A DNA stretch of 63,682 nt, filler included, from 3 parts of 3 records of this genome joined end to end with filler, not necessarily neighbours in it, one strand, 5' to 3'; shown: positions 1 through 10,239, counted from the whole stretch's first letter. Made by a program: numbers and translations. Notes: generated from the sequence alone by a model not told the origin.

Positions 1-93
1 CGTCCATGACCCGGCATGATCCGCCTGTTCCAACGGCTGCGACACGTCGTTGGCCGACGTGATGGTTCGTGCCAGGCGCTCCAGCGATCCCCA

Positions 94-428
94 TCATGCA
101 CGCGCGTAACCTTGTCCGCTGAAACGCGCATTGAAATTCCATCCCACTGAAGCTGTATCTGAACTTCCATCCGCGCCTTCCGGCCACTTCGGATCCGGGT
201 GGACAAAGAGGTCGCCCATAAGTTGTTCGGACGCCTTCAGGCAGACTGCAACAAGCTCATCGTCTCGTGAGCGTTTCACCGCCTCTTCTCGGGCAGCGGT
301 GAGGTCGGCGAGTCTCAGCGAAAGGAAGCAGCTGGCCGTGGGCGCTTCCAAATATAGGCGAGGAGCGCCTCAGCGTCGCTCTCTTGAAAGCTTCTCAGGA
401 CCAGTCGACCGGTCCGCAGGACATTCAG
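94..428 (-). pseudogene. RimJ/RimL-type GNAT N-acetyltransferase remnant (frameshifted and 3'-truncated)
   Basis: Frame 1 reads LRTGRLVLRSFQESDAEALLAY, then shifts near 352 into LEAPTASCFLSLRLADL...LMGDLFVHP...SVGWNFNARFSGQGYA, which stops right after the GxGYA acetyl-CoA loop. Confidence 0.65.
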
Positions 429-1513
429 AGGCCTTCTTCCGTCGCAAATCTGCTTTTTGGCGCCGGCAAAATGACCGTGAAGCGCGCGCCATGACCGGGT
501 GCGTTTTCACCGCGCGCCTGGCCGTCATGTGCATGAGCAATGGCTCTGACCACGGATAATCCTAGGCCGCTACCGCCCTTGTCGCGCGCTCTCGACTCCT
601 CGTCCCGCCAAAAGGGCTCGAAGGCATTGCTGAGCGCTTCGGGCGAAAGCCCCACACCATTGTCGGTGACCGTCAACACGGCGCCGCCGTGATCTACTTT
701 GGTTGCAATTGAGAGCGGCTTGCCCGGAGCGTAGCGCATTGCGTTGTCGACCAAGGCCAAAACGATTTGGTGCAGTCTCGCAGGATCGGCAGCAACGGGC
801 GCTGGTTCGAGGTCGAGATTAAGGATCATCGATTTTGCACGTAGCGCATCGGCGGAAAGGTCGGTCGCAGCGCGCACGATCGTTGCAAGGTCCGTATCGA
901 CCACAGATAATTCGAGCGTACCCGCATTGAAAAGGCCAAGTGTACGCAGGTCTTCCACGATCCGTGTCATGCCGTCGACTTGGCCGATAAGGAGCGCGAT
1001 CAGCTCATCGTCGAGCGTGAACACACCATCCGCAACACCCTGCAATCGACCCTTGAGAATGGTGAGTGGCGTCCTGAGTTCGTGCGCCGCTGCGGAATTT
1101 GAGTAGCGCAGCTCGGCCTCGGCGCGTTCGAGGCGCTCGGCCATGGCATTGAAATCGGCGACAAGCCGGGCGGATTCGCCAAAACCCCGAATATCCGGAT
1201 TGGCGCGCGCCGTCAGGTCACCGGCCGCAACGGCTCTGATAGCACGCGCAACTTCAATCAACGGAACCACGACGCGCCGGGAGAGCCAGACACCACCAAA
1301 GGCGGCGATCGGCAGGACGATCAGCAGGGTCAGCAGCAGATAGCCCCAGTCGATCCAAGACCAGAGGGATTCGGTACCCTCGAGTTGCGGAAAGAGCTGC
1401 TGCATGACGTCGAAATAAGCCGGAAAGCCGAGATAGGCGACAATCGCGCCGGCCGCCGCCAGAGCGATAGCGACCAGGACGATCTGCAGCGCAGTGCCGA
1501 CCTGTTTAGGCAT
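425..1513 (-). CDS. adeS: AdeS-like sensor histidine kinase
   Basis: Two TM helices, HAMP, H-box AAAHELRTPLTILKGRLQG..DGVF, N-box LVDNAMRY, G-box GGSGLGL; start placed at MPKQVG overlapping the response regulator stop. Confidence 0.85.
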   Translation of the reverse strand: MPKQVGTALQIVLVAIALAAAGAIVAYLGFPAYFDVMQQLFPQLEGTESLWSWIDWGYLLLTLLIVLPIAAFGGVWLSRRVVVPLIEVARAIRAVAAGDLTARANPDIRGFGESARLVADFNAMAERLERAEAELRYSNSAAAHELRTPLTILKGRLQGVADGVFTLDDELIALLIGQVDGMTRIVEDLRTLGLFNAGTLELSVVDTDLATIVRAATDLSADALRAKSMILNLDLEPAPVAADPARLHQIVLALVDNAMRYAPGKPLSIATKVDHGGAVLTVTDNGVGLSPEALSNAFEPFWRDEESRARDKGGSGLGLSVVRAIAHAHDGQARGENAPGHGARFTVILPAPKSRFATEEGL

Positions 1514-2189
1514 TTGGTGTATCCAGACGATAGCCGACGCCGCGCACACCGGTGATCAGATCCGGCAGACCTGCCGCACCGAGCTTGCGGCGAAGATTGC
1601 TCAGATGGCTGTCGACGGTCCGGTTCATCGCATCACCCTCCGGCAGGCAGGCATCGATCAGTTCGCTGCGCTCAAAGACGCGACTTGGAGACCGTGCCAT
1701 ATGTGCGAGGAGGCGATATTCGGTGCGAGTCAGGCCGAGGACGGCCGTCCCGACATGGACCGTCATGGCGTCGCTGTCGATGGTGAGTGGACCCAGCCGC
1801 AGCACCGACGTCGTTCGGCTGCCCTGGCTTCGGCGCAGAATGGCGCGCGCTCGCGCTACGACCTCGAGCGGATTGAACGGCTTTACCACATAGTCGTCGG
1901 CGCCAAGCCGCAAGGCCTGGAGCTTATCGAGATCTTCGGCGAGTGCTGTGACCATGATGACCGGCGTATCGTCGATGCTGCGCAAGGCGGCAAGTGTTTC
2001 AAAGCCATCCATCTTCGGCATCTTGACGTCCAGAACAACAAGATCGGGTTTAAGACGCTGATGGTGCGAAAGGCCAATGTGTGGATCGGTTGCGCTGACA
2101 GTACGATAGCCGTCGCGCTCGAAATAGGCCTGCAGAATGCGGACGATTTCGATGTCGTCTTCAATGATAAGGATTAGCTGGTTGTTCAT
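1506..2189 (-). CDS. adeR: AdeR-like OmpR-family response regulator
   Basis: IEDD, VLDVKMP, GADDYVVKPFNP, winged helix RTVDSHLSNLRRKL...VRGVGYRLD; real start MNNQLILIIEDD at 2189. Confidence 0.88.
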   Translation of the reverse strand: MNNQLILIIEDDIEIVRILQAYFERDGYRTVSATDPHIGLSHHQRLKPDLVVLDVKMPKMDGFETLAALRSIDDTPVIMVTALAEDLDKLQALRLGADDYVVKPFNPLEVVARARAILRRSQGSRTTSVLRLGPLTIDSDAMTVHVGTAVLGLTRTEYRLLAHMARSPSRVFERSELIDACLPEGDAMNRTVDSHLSNLRRKLGAAGLPDLITGVRGVGYRLDTPNA

Positions 2190-2220
2190 GGCGCAGGGCT
2201 CAGGTTTTTGTGCATGTCGG

Positions 2221-3996
2221 TCAGCCGATCGTGGCCAGTTGGCGATAGCGCCCATTCGCTGCGATAAGCTGATCGTGGTTTCCCATTTCGACGATGCGTC
2301 CTTCTTCCAGCACAACGATCTGGTCCGCATTGCGCACCGTCGAGAGACGATGGGCGATCGACACCACAGTGCGATTGTGACGTGCGGCAAGCGCAGCGGA
2401 TAGAGCATTTTCTGTCTGCGGGTCGAGCGCGCTTGTGGCTTCGTCGAGCAGCAGCACGCGTGGATTGCGCAGGATCGTGCGCGCGAGCGAGAGCCGCTGA
2501 CGTTCGCCGCCGGAGAACTGATAGCCGCGCTCGCCGACTTCGGTCTCGATACCCTTCGGCAAGCTGGCCACTTTTTCCCAAAGTTGTGCCAGCTTGAGCG
2601 CCTGCTCAATTTCGGTCGACGAGGCGTCCGGCTTCGCAAAGCGCAGATTCTCTTCGATGCTGGCGTTCAGCAGGAACGGATCCTGCGTCACGACACCGAG
2701 GATGTGAGAGAGCGTTTCAAAGCTCAAATCCTTGAGGTTGATGCCATCCAATGTCACCCGTCCATTATCGGGATCGTAGAGGCGCGCCAGCAGATAACCC
2801 AGCGTGCTCTTGCCTGACCCCGTGCTCCCAACGATGGCGGTGTGCGTGCCGGCCGGAATGCGCAGGACGACATGGTTCAGCGTTTGGCGCTCGGACGCCG
2901 GGTAGGAGAACGAGACGTCCTCGAAAGCGATTTCGCCACGAATGGCCGCGAGATCGACGCTGACGGGCGACTTAGGTTCGACCAAGATCGGCTTGGTGTC
3001 GAGCGTGCCAAAGACCCGCGTCAGTAAGGCACGTGCCTTGCGCAATTCGACCCGGGCGTCGAACAATTCGAGCATCGGCCAGAGCAGCTGCTCCTGCAGC
3101 GCAATCAGAGCGACCAGGGTACCGATCGAGACACCAAAACCCTGTGCCAGCATCAGCCCACCGATGAGGAATGTCAGCGCTGGCAGAATGTCGAGCGCGA
3201 ACATGATGATGGCGATTTCCCACTGACCGGCCGTGTGCGACCGGAGTTCAAGCCGGGCGACATCCGACGAGGTCTGCCGGAATAACCGCACGAGATGATG
3301 GGCGCGTCCCATCGTGCGTCCGAGAATGAACCCGCCGGCCGAGAGGGATTCGGTCACCGTTGCCGACATATCGGCGATGCGCTCCTGTTGCTGGAATGTG
3401 ATGCGCTCGCGCAATGCCGCGACCCGATTGTTGAGCCAGAGCAGGATTGGCATGAAGGTGAGCGATGCGAGCGCGAGGCGCCAATCAAGGAGGATCATGG
3501 CGACGACAGTCGTCAGCACGACGCTGACATTGCGGGCGACGTCGGTCGCGGTATTGGTGAACAACGACTGGAGACCCGCAATGTCGCTCGACATGCGCGA
3601 TTGCACCTCGCCGGTGCGCGAGGTGGCGAAGAAGGCGAGCGAAAGCGACTGCAGGTGTTCGTAAAGCCTGACCCGCAATTCGTGCAGGATCTGCTGGCCG
3701 ATATGGGTCGAGACATAGGCTTGCAGCACGCCGGCAATGGCTGACATGACGGCAATCGCGATGAGGCCACAGCAAAGCCAGACCAGCAGTGGGACATCGC
3801 GAGCCGGCAGCGCATCGTCGATGATCCCGCGCATCATGAATGGCGCCGTCGCGCCCGCTATCCCGGCGATGACGATGAGCCCCAAGACGAGAAGAAGTTG
3901 CCTGACATGTGGGCGGAAGAGAGCGAGCACACGCCGCCAAGGAGTGTGCTGCTGGGCCGAGGCCTCATAGTCTGCGAAGTCGTCGAGGTCATTCAT
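2221..3996 (-). CDS. ABC exporter, fused permease/ATP-binding protein
   Basis: N-terminal TM domain; Walker A GSTGSGKST, signature FSGGERQR, Walker B LLLDEATSALD, H-loop IAHRLST. Confidence 0.92.
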   Translation of the reverse strand: MNDLDDFADYEASAQQHTPWRRVLALFRPHVRQLLLVLGLIVIAGIAGATAPFMMRGIIDDALPARDVPLLVWLCCGLIAIAVMSAIAGVLQAYVSTHIGQQILHELRVRLYEHLQSLSLAFFATSRTGEVQSRMSSDIAGLQSLFTNTATDVARNVSVVLTTVVAMILLDWRLALASLTFMPILLWLNNRVAALRERITFQQQERIADMSATVTESLSAGGFILGRTMGRAHHLVRLFRQTSSDVARLELRSHTAGQWEIAIIMFALDILPALTFLIGGLMLAQGFGVSIGTLVALIALQEQLLWPMLELFDARVELRKARALLTRVFGTLDTKPILVEPKSPVSVDLAAIRGEIAFEDVSFSYPASERQTLNHVVLRIPAGTHTAIVGSTGSGKSTLGYLLARLYDPDNGRVTLDGINLKDLSFETLSHILGVVTQDPFLLNASIEENLRFAKPDASSTEIEQALKLAQLWEKVASLPKGIETEVGERGYQFSGGERQRLSLARTILRNPRVLLLDEATSALDPQTENALSAALAARHNRTVVSIAHRLSTVRNADQIVVLEEGRIVEMGNHDQLIAANGRYRQLATIG

Positions 3997-6900
3997 GGTT
4001 TGAGCTCGCAGGTTGGAGGTCGGTGGTTTCGGAGGCCTTCTTGCCTCGGCCGAAGATCGACATCACGACGAAGTAGAAAACCGGCACGAAGATCAGCGCG
4101 AAGATCGTGGCCGCAATGATCCCGCCCAGAACGCCGGTGCCGAGTGCCTTCTGGGTTTCGGCACTGGCGCCATGGGCATGGACCAGCGGCATGACACCGA
4201 GCGCGAATGCAAGCGATGTCATGACGATCGGCCTGATCCGCAATCGGCCGGCCTCGATGATCGCGTCGCGCAGCACCCACCCTTCGGCAAGCTTAGCCTT
4301 GGCGAATTCGACGATCAGGATGGCGTTCTTGGCGGAAAGGCCGATGACGGTGATGAGGCCGACCTTGAAGAAGACGTCATTGGATTGCCCGCCAAGTTGC
4401 ACCGCTGCGACCGAACCGATGATCCCGAGCGGCACCATCATCATGACCGACAGCGGCACCGTCCAGCTCTCGTAGAGCGCGGCCAGGACCAGGAAGACGA
4501 CCAGCATCGAGATCGCGATCAGCATGGGCATCTGAGTGCCAGACTGACGCTCCTGTAAAGACTCGCCAGTCCATTCGATGCCAAAGCCCTCCGGCAATTG
4601 CTGCACGAGACGCTCGACCTCGGCCATGGCATCGCCATTGGCGATACCCGGCGCACCTTCGCCCTGGAGGGAGTTGGCGAGATAACCATTGTGCCGCGAA
4701 ATCTGCGCGGGAGCGCTGTTCCACTTGGCTGTCACCACTTCGCTCATTGAGACCATGCCGCCCTTGTCGTTGCGGACGAACAGCTTGAGCACGTCGTCGA
4801 CATTCATGCGGTAGCGCGCGTCCGCTTGGACAATGACTTGCTGCAGTTTGCCGCCATTGGAAAAGTCGCCGACATAGCTCGAGGAAATGGCCGTCGCGAG
4901 CGTATCGCTGATCGACTGGAACGCGACCCCGAGCGCTTGCGCCTTGTTGCGGTCGATCTCTAGCTCGACGTTGGGACCATTGGGGAGGCTGTTCTGATAA
5001 AGGCTCGCAAGCTTGGTCGACTTGGCGGCAAGATCGAGTAACTGGTTCTGAGCTGCCGTGAGAGCGTCGAGCCCCTTGCCGCCGCGATCCTGCAGCACAA
5101 AGCTGAAGCCCGAGCCACCACCCAGTTCCTCAATTGGCGCGGGTAACGACACCATGACCGAACCCTCGGGAATATCGGCCATGGCCTGTGTCATGGCTTC
5201 GACTTCCTCACTTGCCGGCATATGGGCGCGGTCTTTCCAGTCCTTGAGCGTCACGAACGCCATGGCGGCATTGGACCCCGACCCCATGAAACTGAAGCCG
5301 TTGATGAGGAGATTTTCCTGCGTGGCTCCGCGCTTGAGCACCTCGGCGTTGAAGAAGCTCGTGACCTTGTCGGTACGCTCCTGCGTCGCACCCGCGGGCA
5401 GCGTGATCGACAAGGTGTAATTGCCCTGGTCTTCATCCGGCATGAAAGCCGATGGGACCTGCGGGAACCAGAAAACGAGCGCAACAACGAGAACGGCATA
5501 AAGCGCCATCATCCGACCGCCACGACGCAGGAGGCCGCCGACGGTTCTGCCATATCCGTGCGTGACCTTATCGACACCCTTGTCGAAAAGCGCGAATGGC
5601 AGCCACTTCTTCTTTCCGTGTTCGACAGGCTTGAGGATCGTCGCACAGAGCGCTGGGGTCAAGGTCAGGGCGAGGAATGCCGAGAACAGGATAGACACCG
5701 ACATCGACAGCGTGAACTGGCGATAAATGGCGCCGACCGACCCGCTGGCAAGACCCATGGGAATGAAGACAGCGACAAGCACGGCAGTAATGCCGATCAC
5801 GGCGCCAGTGATTTCCTTCATGGCCTTTCGCGTGGCGTCCCTGGGTGAAAGCCCTTCGGTTGCCATGATGCGTTCGACGTTTTCAACCACGACGATGGCG
5901 TCGTCTACGATGATGCCGATCGCAAGCACCATGCCGAACATGGTGAGCACGTTGATCGAATAGCCTGTCAACTGCATGACCGCGAAGGTGCCGAGCAAAG
6001 CGACCGGCGCGACGATGGCCGGGATGATCGTGTAGCGGACGTTTTGCAGGAACACGAACATGACCGCGAAGACGAGCGCCATGGCCTCGAGCAGGGTGTA
6101 AATCACCTTCTCGATCGACACCTTGATAAAGGGCGACGTATCGAACGGGAGCGCATACGACATGCCCTCGGGCATTGAGAGCTGGAGTTCTGCAAGGCGC
6201 GCCTTGACGGCATCGGCCGTCGCCACGGCATTGGCGCCGGGTGAGAGCTGGATGGCGGCCCCGGTCGCCTGGTTGCCATTCTGCTGCATCGAGAAGCCGT
6301 TGGACTGGGCGCCGATTTCGACGCGCGCCACATCGGCCAGAAGGACCGTTGCGCCATTGCGCTCGCCCTTGATGGCGATCTTGCCAAAGTCTTCGGTCGT
6401 CGTGAGATCGCTGCGCACGGTCAGGGGCACGGTGATCGCCTGGCCCTGCACGGTCGGGCCCGTGCCAAGTTGACCCGGCGCGATCTGGAGGTTCTGCCCC
6501 TGGATCGCCGCGGTAACATCCGCAAAGCTGAGACCCAGCATTTCAAGCTTGAGGGGATCGACCCAGATGCGCATGGCCTTTTCCGTGCCGAACGACTGCA
6601 GCCGGCCCACGCCCTTGATGCGCTTGAGTTCCGGGACAATGTATTTGGCGAGATAATCCTCAAGATCGAGCGCGGAGAAGCGCTTGCCTTCGGAGGTCAG
6701 CGTAACGATGGCAAGAAAGCCCGATGTTGCGGACTCAACGGTCAGGCCGCTCTGGCGCACCAGAGCCGGCAGGCGCGGTTCGACGCCCTTCAACCGATTC
6801 TGAACGTCCACCATGGCAAGCTCGGGATCGGTGCCCGGAGCGAATGTCAGCGTGACATTGGCGCCACCGGTGCTGTCTGCCGACGAGCCGAAGAAGAGCA

Positions 6901-7123
6901 GGTTCTTGACCCCGGTGAGCTCGCGCTCGATCGGGATGACAACGCCTTCGTTGACGGTCTGCGCCGAGGCACCGGGATAGCTCGCCGAGACACTGACGCT
7001 TGGCGGCGCGATCGAGGGAAAACGCGCCACGGGAAGTTGCGGGATGGCGATAACGCCGAACAACACGATGAATGCTGCCACCACCCACGCAAAGACGGGG
7101 CGATCGATGAAAAACTGGGGCAT
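3989..7123 (-). CDS. HAE1-family RND efflux permease (AcrB/AdeB/MexY type)
   Basis: 1044 aa; MPQFFIDRPVFAWV start, GIIVDDAIVVVENVER proton relay, SAKNAILIVEFA, RIRPIVMTSLAF. Confidence 0.96.
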   Translation of the reverse strand: MPQFFIDRPVFAWVVAAFIVLFGVIAIPQLPVARFPSIAPPSVSVSASYPGASAQTVNEGVVIPIERELTGVKNLLFFGSSADSTGGANVTLTFAPGTDPELAMVDVQNRLKGVEPRLPALVRQSGLTVESATSGFLAIVTLTSEGKRFSALDLEDYLAKYIVPELKRIKGVGRLQSFGTEKAMRIWVDPLKLEMLGLSFADVTAAIQGQNLQIAPGQLGTGPTVQGQAITVPLTVRSDLTTTEDFGKIAIKGERNGATVLLADVARVEIGAQSNGFSMQQNGNQATGAAIQLSPGANAVATADAVKARLAELQLSMPEGMSYALPFDTSPFIKVSIEKVIYTLLEAMALVFAVMFVFLQNVRYTIIPAIVAPVALLGTFAVMQLTGYSINVLTMFGMVLAIGIIVDDAIVVVENVERIMATEGLSPRDATRKAMKEITGAVIGITAVLVAVFIPMGLASGSVGAIYRQFTLSMSVSILFSAFLALTLTPALCATILKPVEHGKKKWLPFALFDKGVDKVTHGYGRTVGGLLRRGGRMMALYAVLVVALVFWFPQVPSAFMPDEDQGNYTLSITLPAGATQERTDKVTSFFNAEVLKRGATQENLLINGFSFMGSGSNAAMAFVTLKDWKDRAHMPASEEVEAMTQAMADIPEGSVMVSLPAPIEELGGGSGFSFVLQDRGGKGLDALTAAQNQLLDLAAKSTKLASLYQNSLPNGPNVELEIDRNKAQALGVAFQSISDTLATAISSSYVGDFSNGGKLQQVIVQADARYRMNVDDVLKLFVRNDKGGMVSMSEVVTAKWNSAPAQISRHNGYLANSLQGEGAPGIANGDAMAEVERLVQQLPEGFGIEWTGESLQERQSGTQMPMLIAISMLVVFLVLAALYESWTVPLSVMMMVPLGIIGSVAAVQLGGQSNDVFFKVGLITVIGLSAKNAILIVEFAKAKLAEGWVLRDAIIEAGRLRIRPIVMTSLAFALGVMPLVHAHGASAETQKALGTGVLGGIIAATIFALIFVPVFYFVVMSIFGRGKKASETTDLQPASSNHE

Positions 7124-7138
7124 TTGGTTCGCCTGAAC

Positions 7139-8320
7139 TTAATGGGTTACGGCTGGTTCGGCCGTCGGGGCCGGCGTAGCAGCGGGTGGCGTGCCGAATG
7201 GAATGGTCCGCACTGCCCCTGCCGCAGAAAGCTTGTCCTGGCCCTCAACGACGACGCTGTCGCCGGACTTGAGACCGCCCGTCACGATATAGCGGCCCTC
7301 GACCAGCTCCCCCAAAGTCACCGGTGTCGGCGTTGCCGTACCGTCGGCGACTACGAAGACACTGGGCACGCCCAAGGTGTCGCGCACCACGGCCTGCTGC
7401 AGCACGCTGATGGCGTCGGGATAGGTGCCGCGTGGCACACGGGCCCTGACATACATGCCTGGCAGAAGGCGGTGATCAGCGTTGTCCGCCTCAGCCCGAA
7501 GACGGACATTGCCAGTCCCCTCATCGACGCTGATGTCGGAAAAGAGTGCCTTGGCCGCGATCACACCATCATCGCCCTCGCTGACGAGGATTTCGATAGG
7601 GATCGTTCCTGTCTCCTTCAGGCCGCCGCTTCTGGCGAGACTGCGCAGGTGCTCAAGCCGAGAGGCGGGCTGGCGAATATCGATATGGACACTGCCAATC
7701 TGCTGGATCGTCGCAAGGCTTGTCGTGCTGGTCGCTTCGGCCAGTGTGCCTTCGCCCGCCATTGCCGCGCCGATCTGCCCATCGAGCGGCGCCTTGATCG
7801 TCGCGAGGTCGAGCGAGAGCCTGGCCTTCTTGAGGGCGGCCTCGGCCTGGGCGACATCGGCCGAAGCCTGGGCCTGTTGCGAGCTGGCCAGGTCATAGGC
7901 CTGGTCACTGATATTGTCGCTGGCCTTGAGGGCGCCGGCGCGTTGGAATTCTGCCCTTGCCTGTTCGCGCACCGCTCGGGCCTTTTGCAACGCCGCTTCG
8001 GCGCTCGCGACATCGGCGGCATAACTTGTGGCATCGAGCTGAAAGAGCGGCTGCCCCTTTTTGACCTCGCTGCCTTCCTCAAAGTACCGCTTGACGATGA
8101 GACCACTGACTTGCGGACGCACCTCTGCTGTCTGCAAGGCTGACACGCGGGCCGGCAGTTCGTCCCAGACAGTGATCGGGCTTGTGTCGAGGGTGGCCAC
8201 CGAAACCAGCGGCGCTTCGGTGGCGGCAGGCGCTTCGGCCTGCTTCTGCGTCGGGGAACATGCGGCAAGGGCGGCGGCCAAAAGCAACGCCGGCACAGAA
8301 CGAAACGTGGTGGAGATCAT
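7139..8320 (-). CDS. RND periplasmic adaptor (membrane fusion protein)
   Basis: Lipobox LAAC, AEVRPQVSGLI..EGSEVKKGQPLFQLD, IKAPLDG, LLPGMYVRA. Confidence 0.94.
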   Translation of the reverse strand: MISTTFRSVPALLLAAALAACSPTQKQAEAPAATEAPLVSVATLDTSPITVWDELPARVSALQTAEVRPQVSGLIVKRYFEEGSEVKKGQPLFQLDATSYAADVASAEAALQKARAVREQARAEFQRAGALKASDNISDQAYDLASSQQAQASADVAQAEAALKKARLSLDLATIKAPLDGQIGAAMAGEGTLAEATSTTSLATIQQIGSVHIDIRQPASRLEHLRSLARSGGLKETGTIPIEILVSEGDDGVIAAKALFSDISVDEGTGNVRLRAEADNADHRLLPGMYVRARVPRGTYPDAISVLQQAVVRDTLGVPSVFVVADGTATPTPVTLGELVEGRYIVTGGLKSGDSVVVEGQDKLSAAGAVRTIPFGTPPAATPAPTAEPAVTH

Positions 8321-8351
8321 GATGCTACTCGAAAAGATGGGTGCGGTGCGG

Positions 8352-9737
8352 TCAATGGGACGCGGGCGTGGGCACTAATGGCGAACCGCCAAGCACACGG
8401 AAAATCTGGACTTCAGTGACTAACTGCTCAAGACGGTTGGCTGCGAGCGCGCTCGATGCTGCCCGGCTGCGTTCCTGCGCATCGAGCCAGACACGCAGCG
8501 CAACAGAACCGGCGCGATAGCGCTCTTCGGTCAGTTTTTCCGCAGATTGCGCAGCCTCGAGTGCAGCCCTCAAGCGATGCGACTTTTGATTGAGCATCGT
8601 TCGCGCACTAAGCGCGGTGCCCGTATCACTGAAGGCCGTAAGGAGCGCTGAGCGGAATTCCGTGACGGCGAGCTGATAATCGACCTCCGAAACCTTCACC
8701 CGCAACTCGCCATCGCGAAAATTGAGGAAGGGCAGCGCCAGACCCGTACCCAGTGTCGCGATCGGATTGGCCAGGATGTGAAGTAGATCGGTGCTGGCCA
8801 CACCGAGATTGCCGGTCAGCGTGATCTGCGGATAAAGGCTTGCCTTCGTGCCATCGACATTGCGCAGCGCCGAACGTAGCCGCAATTCTGCTGCCTGCAA
8901 ATCTGGACGACGTGCAAGCAGATCCGCCGGCAGGCCAGCGGTAATCTGGACCGGCGTACGTCGCGGCAAGGTCTGCGGCTCGCCAACTGGATTGGCCACC
9001 CCATTGAGCAAGACGCCAAGCGCGTTGCGAAGCACCACACGGTTCTGCTCAAGATCGGACATCGAGGCCGCCTGGCTCTCGACCGTCTGGCGCACCTCTG
9101 CCAATTCCAGCTCGGTCGCCGCACCCGCTGCTGCCTGGCTCTTGATCAGGTCCTCGACCTGGCGCGCAAGGTCGAGCGAGGCGCGGGCTGCGGCCATATC
9201 CTGGTTCGTATAGGCAAGGCGCCAATAGGCCTCGATGGTCGAAGCGATGACCGTCGTCCGCGCCGCTGCCACGTCTTGGACCGAGGCTGCTGCCTGCAGC
9301 GCTGCCATATCCTGGCTGCTGGCCAATCGGCCCCAAAGGTCGAATTCGTATGATGCCCCTAATCCGAGACTAAAATTGTTGCTGGTCGCGCTCGCGTCGG
9401 TCAGTGCCACCGCGCTCTGCACATTGCCCGTCCCGCTGAGTTGGGGGACCCTCGCCACTCCAGCCATATCTGCCTGCAACAGCGCCTTGCGCACACGCAG
9501 GTTGGCCGCGAACAGGTCGTTGTTGTGGGCAAGAACCGTCTCGACGAGTTGGTCGAGTTTGGGATCGCCGAAACTGCGCCACCACTGCACGGCGGCCGAC
9601 GGATTGGAAACGCCCGCAGTGTCTACCCACTCCAGCGCATTCGGCAGCGCCGGTCGAACGTATGGTGTGGTCAAGCTCGAACAACCTGCCAGCAAAACGG
9701 CAGGTAGGACAATTGCAAGTCGGAAGGAGGGCATCAC
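8352..9737 (-). CDS. Outer membrane efflux lipoprotein (OprM/NodT family)
   Basis: Lipobox LLAGC, WWRSFGDPKLDQL, YEFDLWGRL, LPADLLARRPDL. Confidence 0.93.
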   Translation of the reverse strand: MMPSFRLAIVLPAVLLAGCSSLTTPYVRPALPNALEWVDTAGVSNPSAAVQWWRSFGDPKLDQLVETVLAHNNDLFAANLRVRKALLQADMAGVARVPQLSGTGNVQSAVALTDASATSNNFSLGLGASYEFDLWGRLASSQDMAALQAAASVQDVAAARTTVIASTIEAYWRLAYTNQDMAAARASLDLARQVEDLIKSQAAAGAATELELAEVRQTVESQAASMSDLEQNRVVLRNALGVLLNGVANPVGEPQTLPRRTPVQITAGLPADLLARRPDLQAAELRLRSALRNVDGTKASLYPQITLTGNLGVASTDLLHILANPIATLGTGLALPFLNFRDGELRVKVSEVDYQLAVTEFRSALLTAFSDTGTALSARTMLNQKSHRLRAALEAAQSAEKLTEERYRAGSVALRVWLDAQERSRAASSALAANRLEQLVTEVQIFRVLGGSPLVPTPASH

Positions 9738-9790
9738 TGAACCAGATCATGAACATGGCCGGCATCCGGCCCAAAGATCAGTCATCAGGT

Positions 9791-9838
9791 CTGTGTGGAG
9801 CAATCATCGAGGAATGGTGCAGATTGCGTGCAGATCTG
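9791..9838. promoter_or_regulatory. Putative AdeR/OmpR-type tandem direct-repeat binding site upstream of the efflux operon
   Basis: Units in 11-bp phase at 9795 GTGGAG, 9806 ATCGAG, 9817 GTGCAGAT, 9828 GTGCAGAT; CTGTGTGGAG resembles the AdeR repeat AAGTGTGGAG. Confidence 0.6.
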
Positions 9839-10239
9839 GAGGTGAGAATGGTTCGCCCGAAGCATCATCGAACGGCAGCTTTCGGTCAGTGGCAAAGCCG
9901 CGACGCTGGCTGCAACGGGGTCGACATCTCCCAGGCAGAGATGCGCCCAATTTCGGTCATTCAACAGGCCTCCTGGCTTCTCGAAAGCTACCGGTCGACC
10001 CGTGCGGCGGCAGTGTCCTTTGGGGGGGCGAGGACTGGCAGTCCGTGGATGAATTTGCTGCGCAGCCACTCTGCGGTCGCCAGCCAGCGACGGAAATGAA
10101 GTGCGTTGGTGCGCGCCTCGACTAACCAACATTGCAACACTGTCTATGCCATCACTCGCTTCACGCGTGCTGATATTCTTGCGAGCCCGCGAGGATGTCA
10201 TGGTGACGATAAGGGACGGGCAACTGCCGAGCAGCGGTA

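Noticed and set aside
2190-2639. 150-aa N-terminal extension of the response regulator in the ORF track
   Set aside because: Overlaps the ABC gene in another frame; the receiver domain starts at 2189
6470-8143. 557-aa plus-strand ORF
   Set aside because: Antisense shadow of the RND and MFP genes in GC-rich DNA; no recognisable motifs
9785-10239. ORFs of 89-189 aa between the efflux and ThDP genes
   Set aside because: No motifs, they overlap each other and neighbouring genes, and they have no clear RBS
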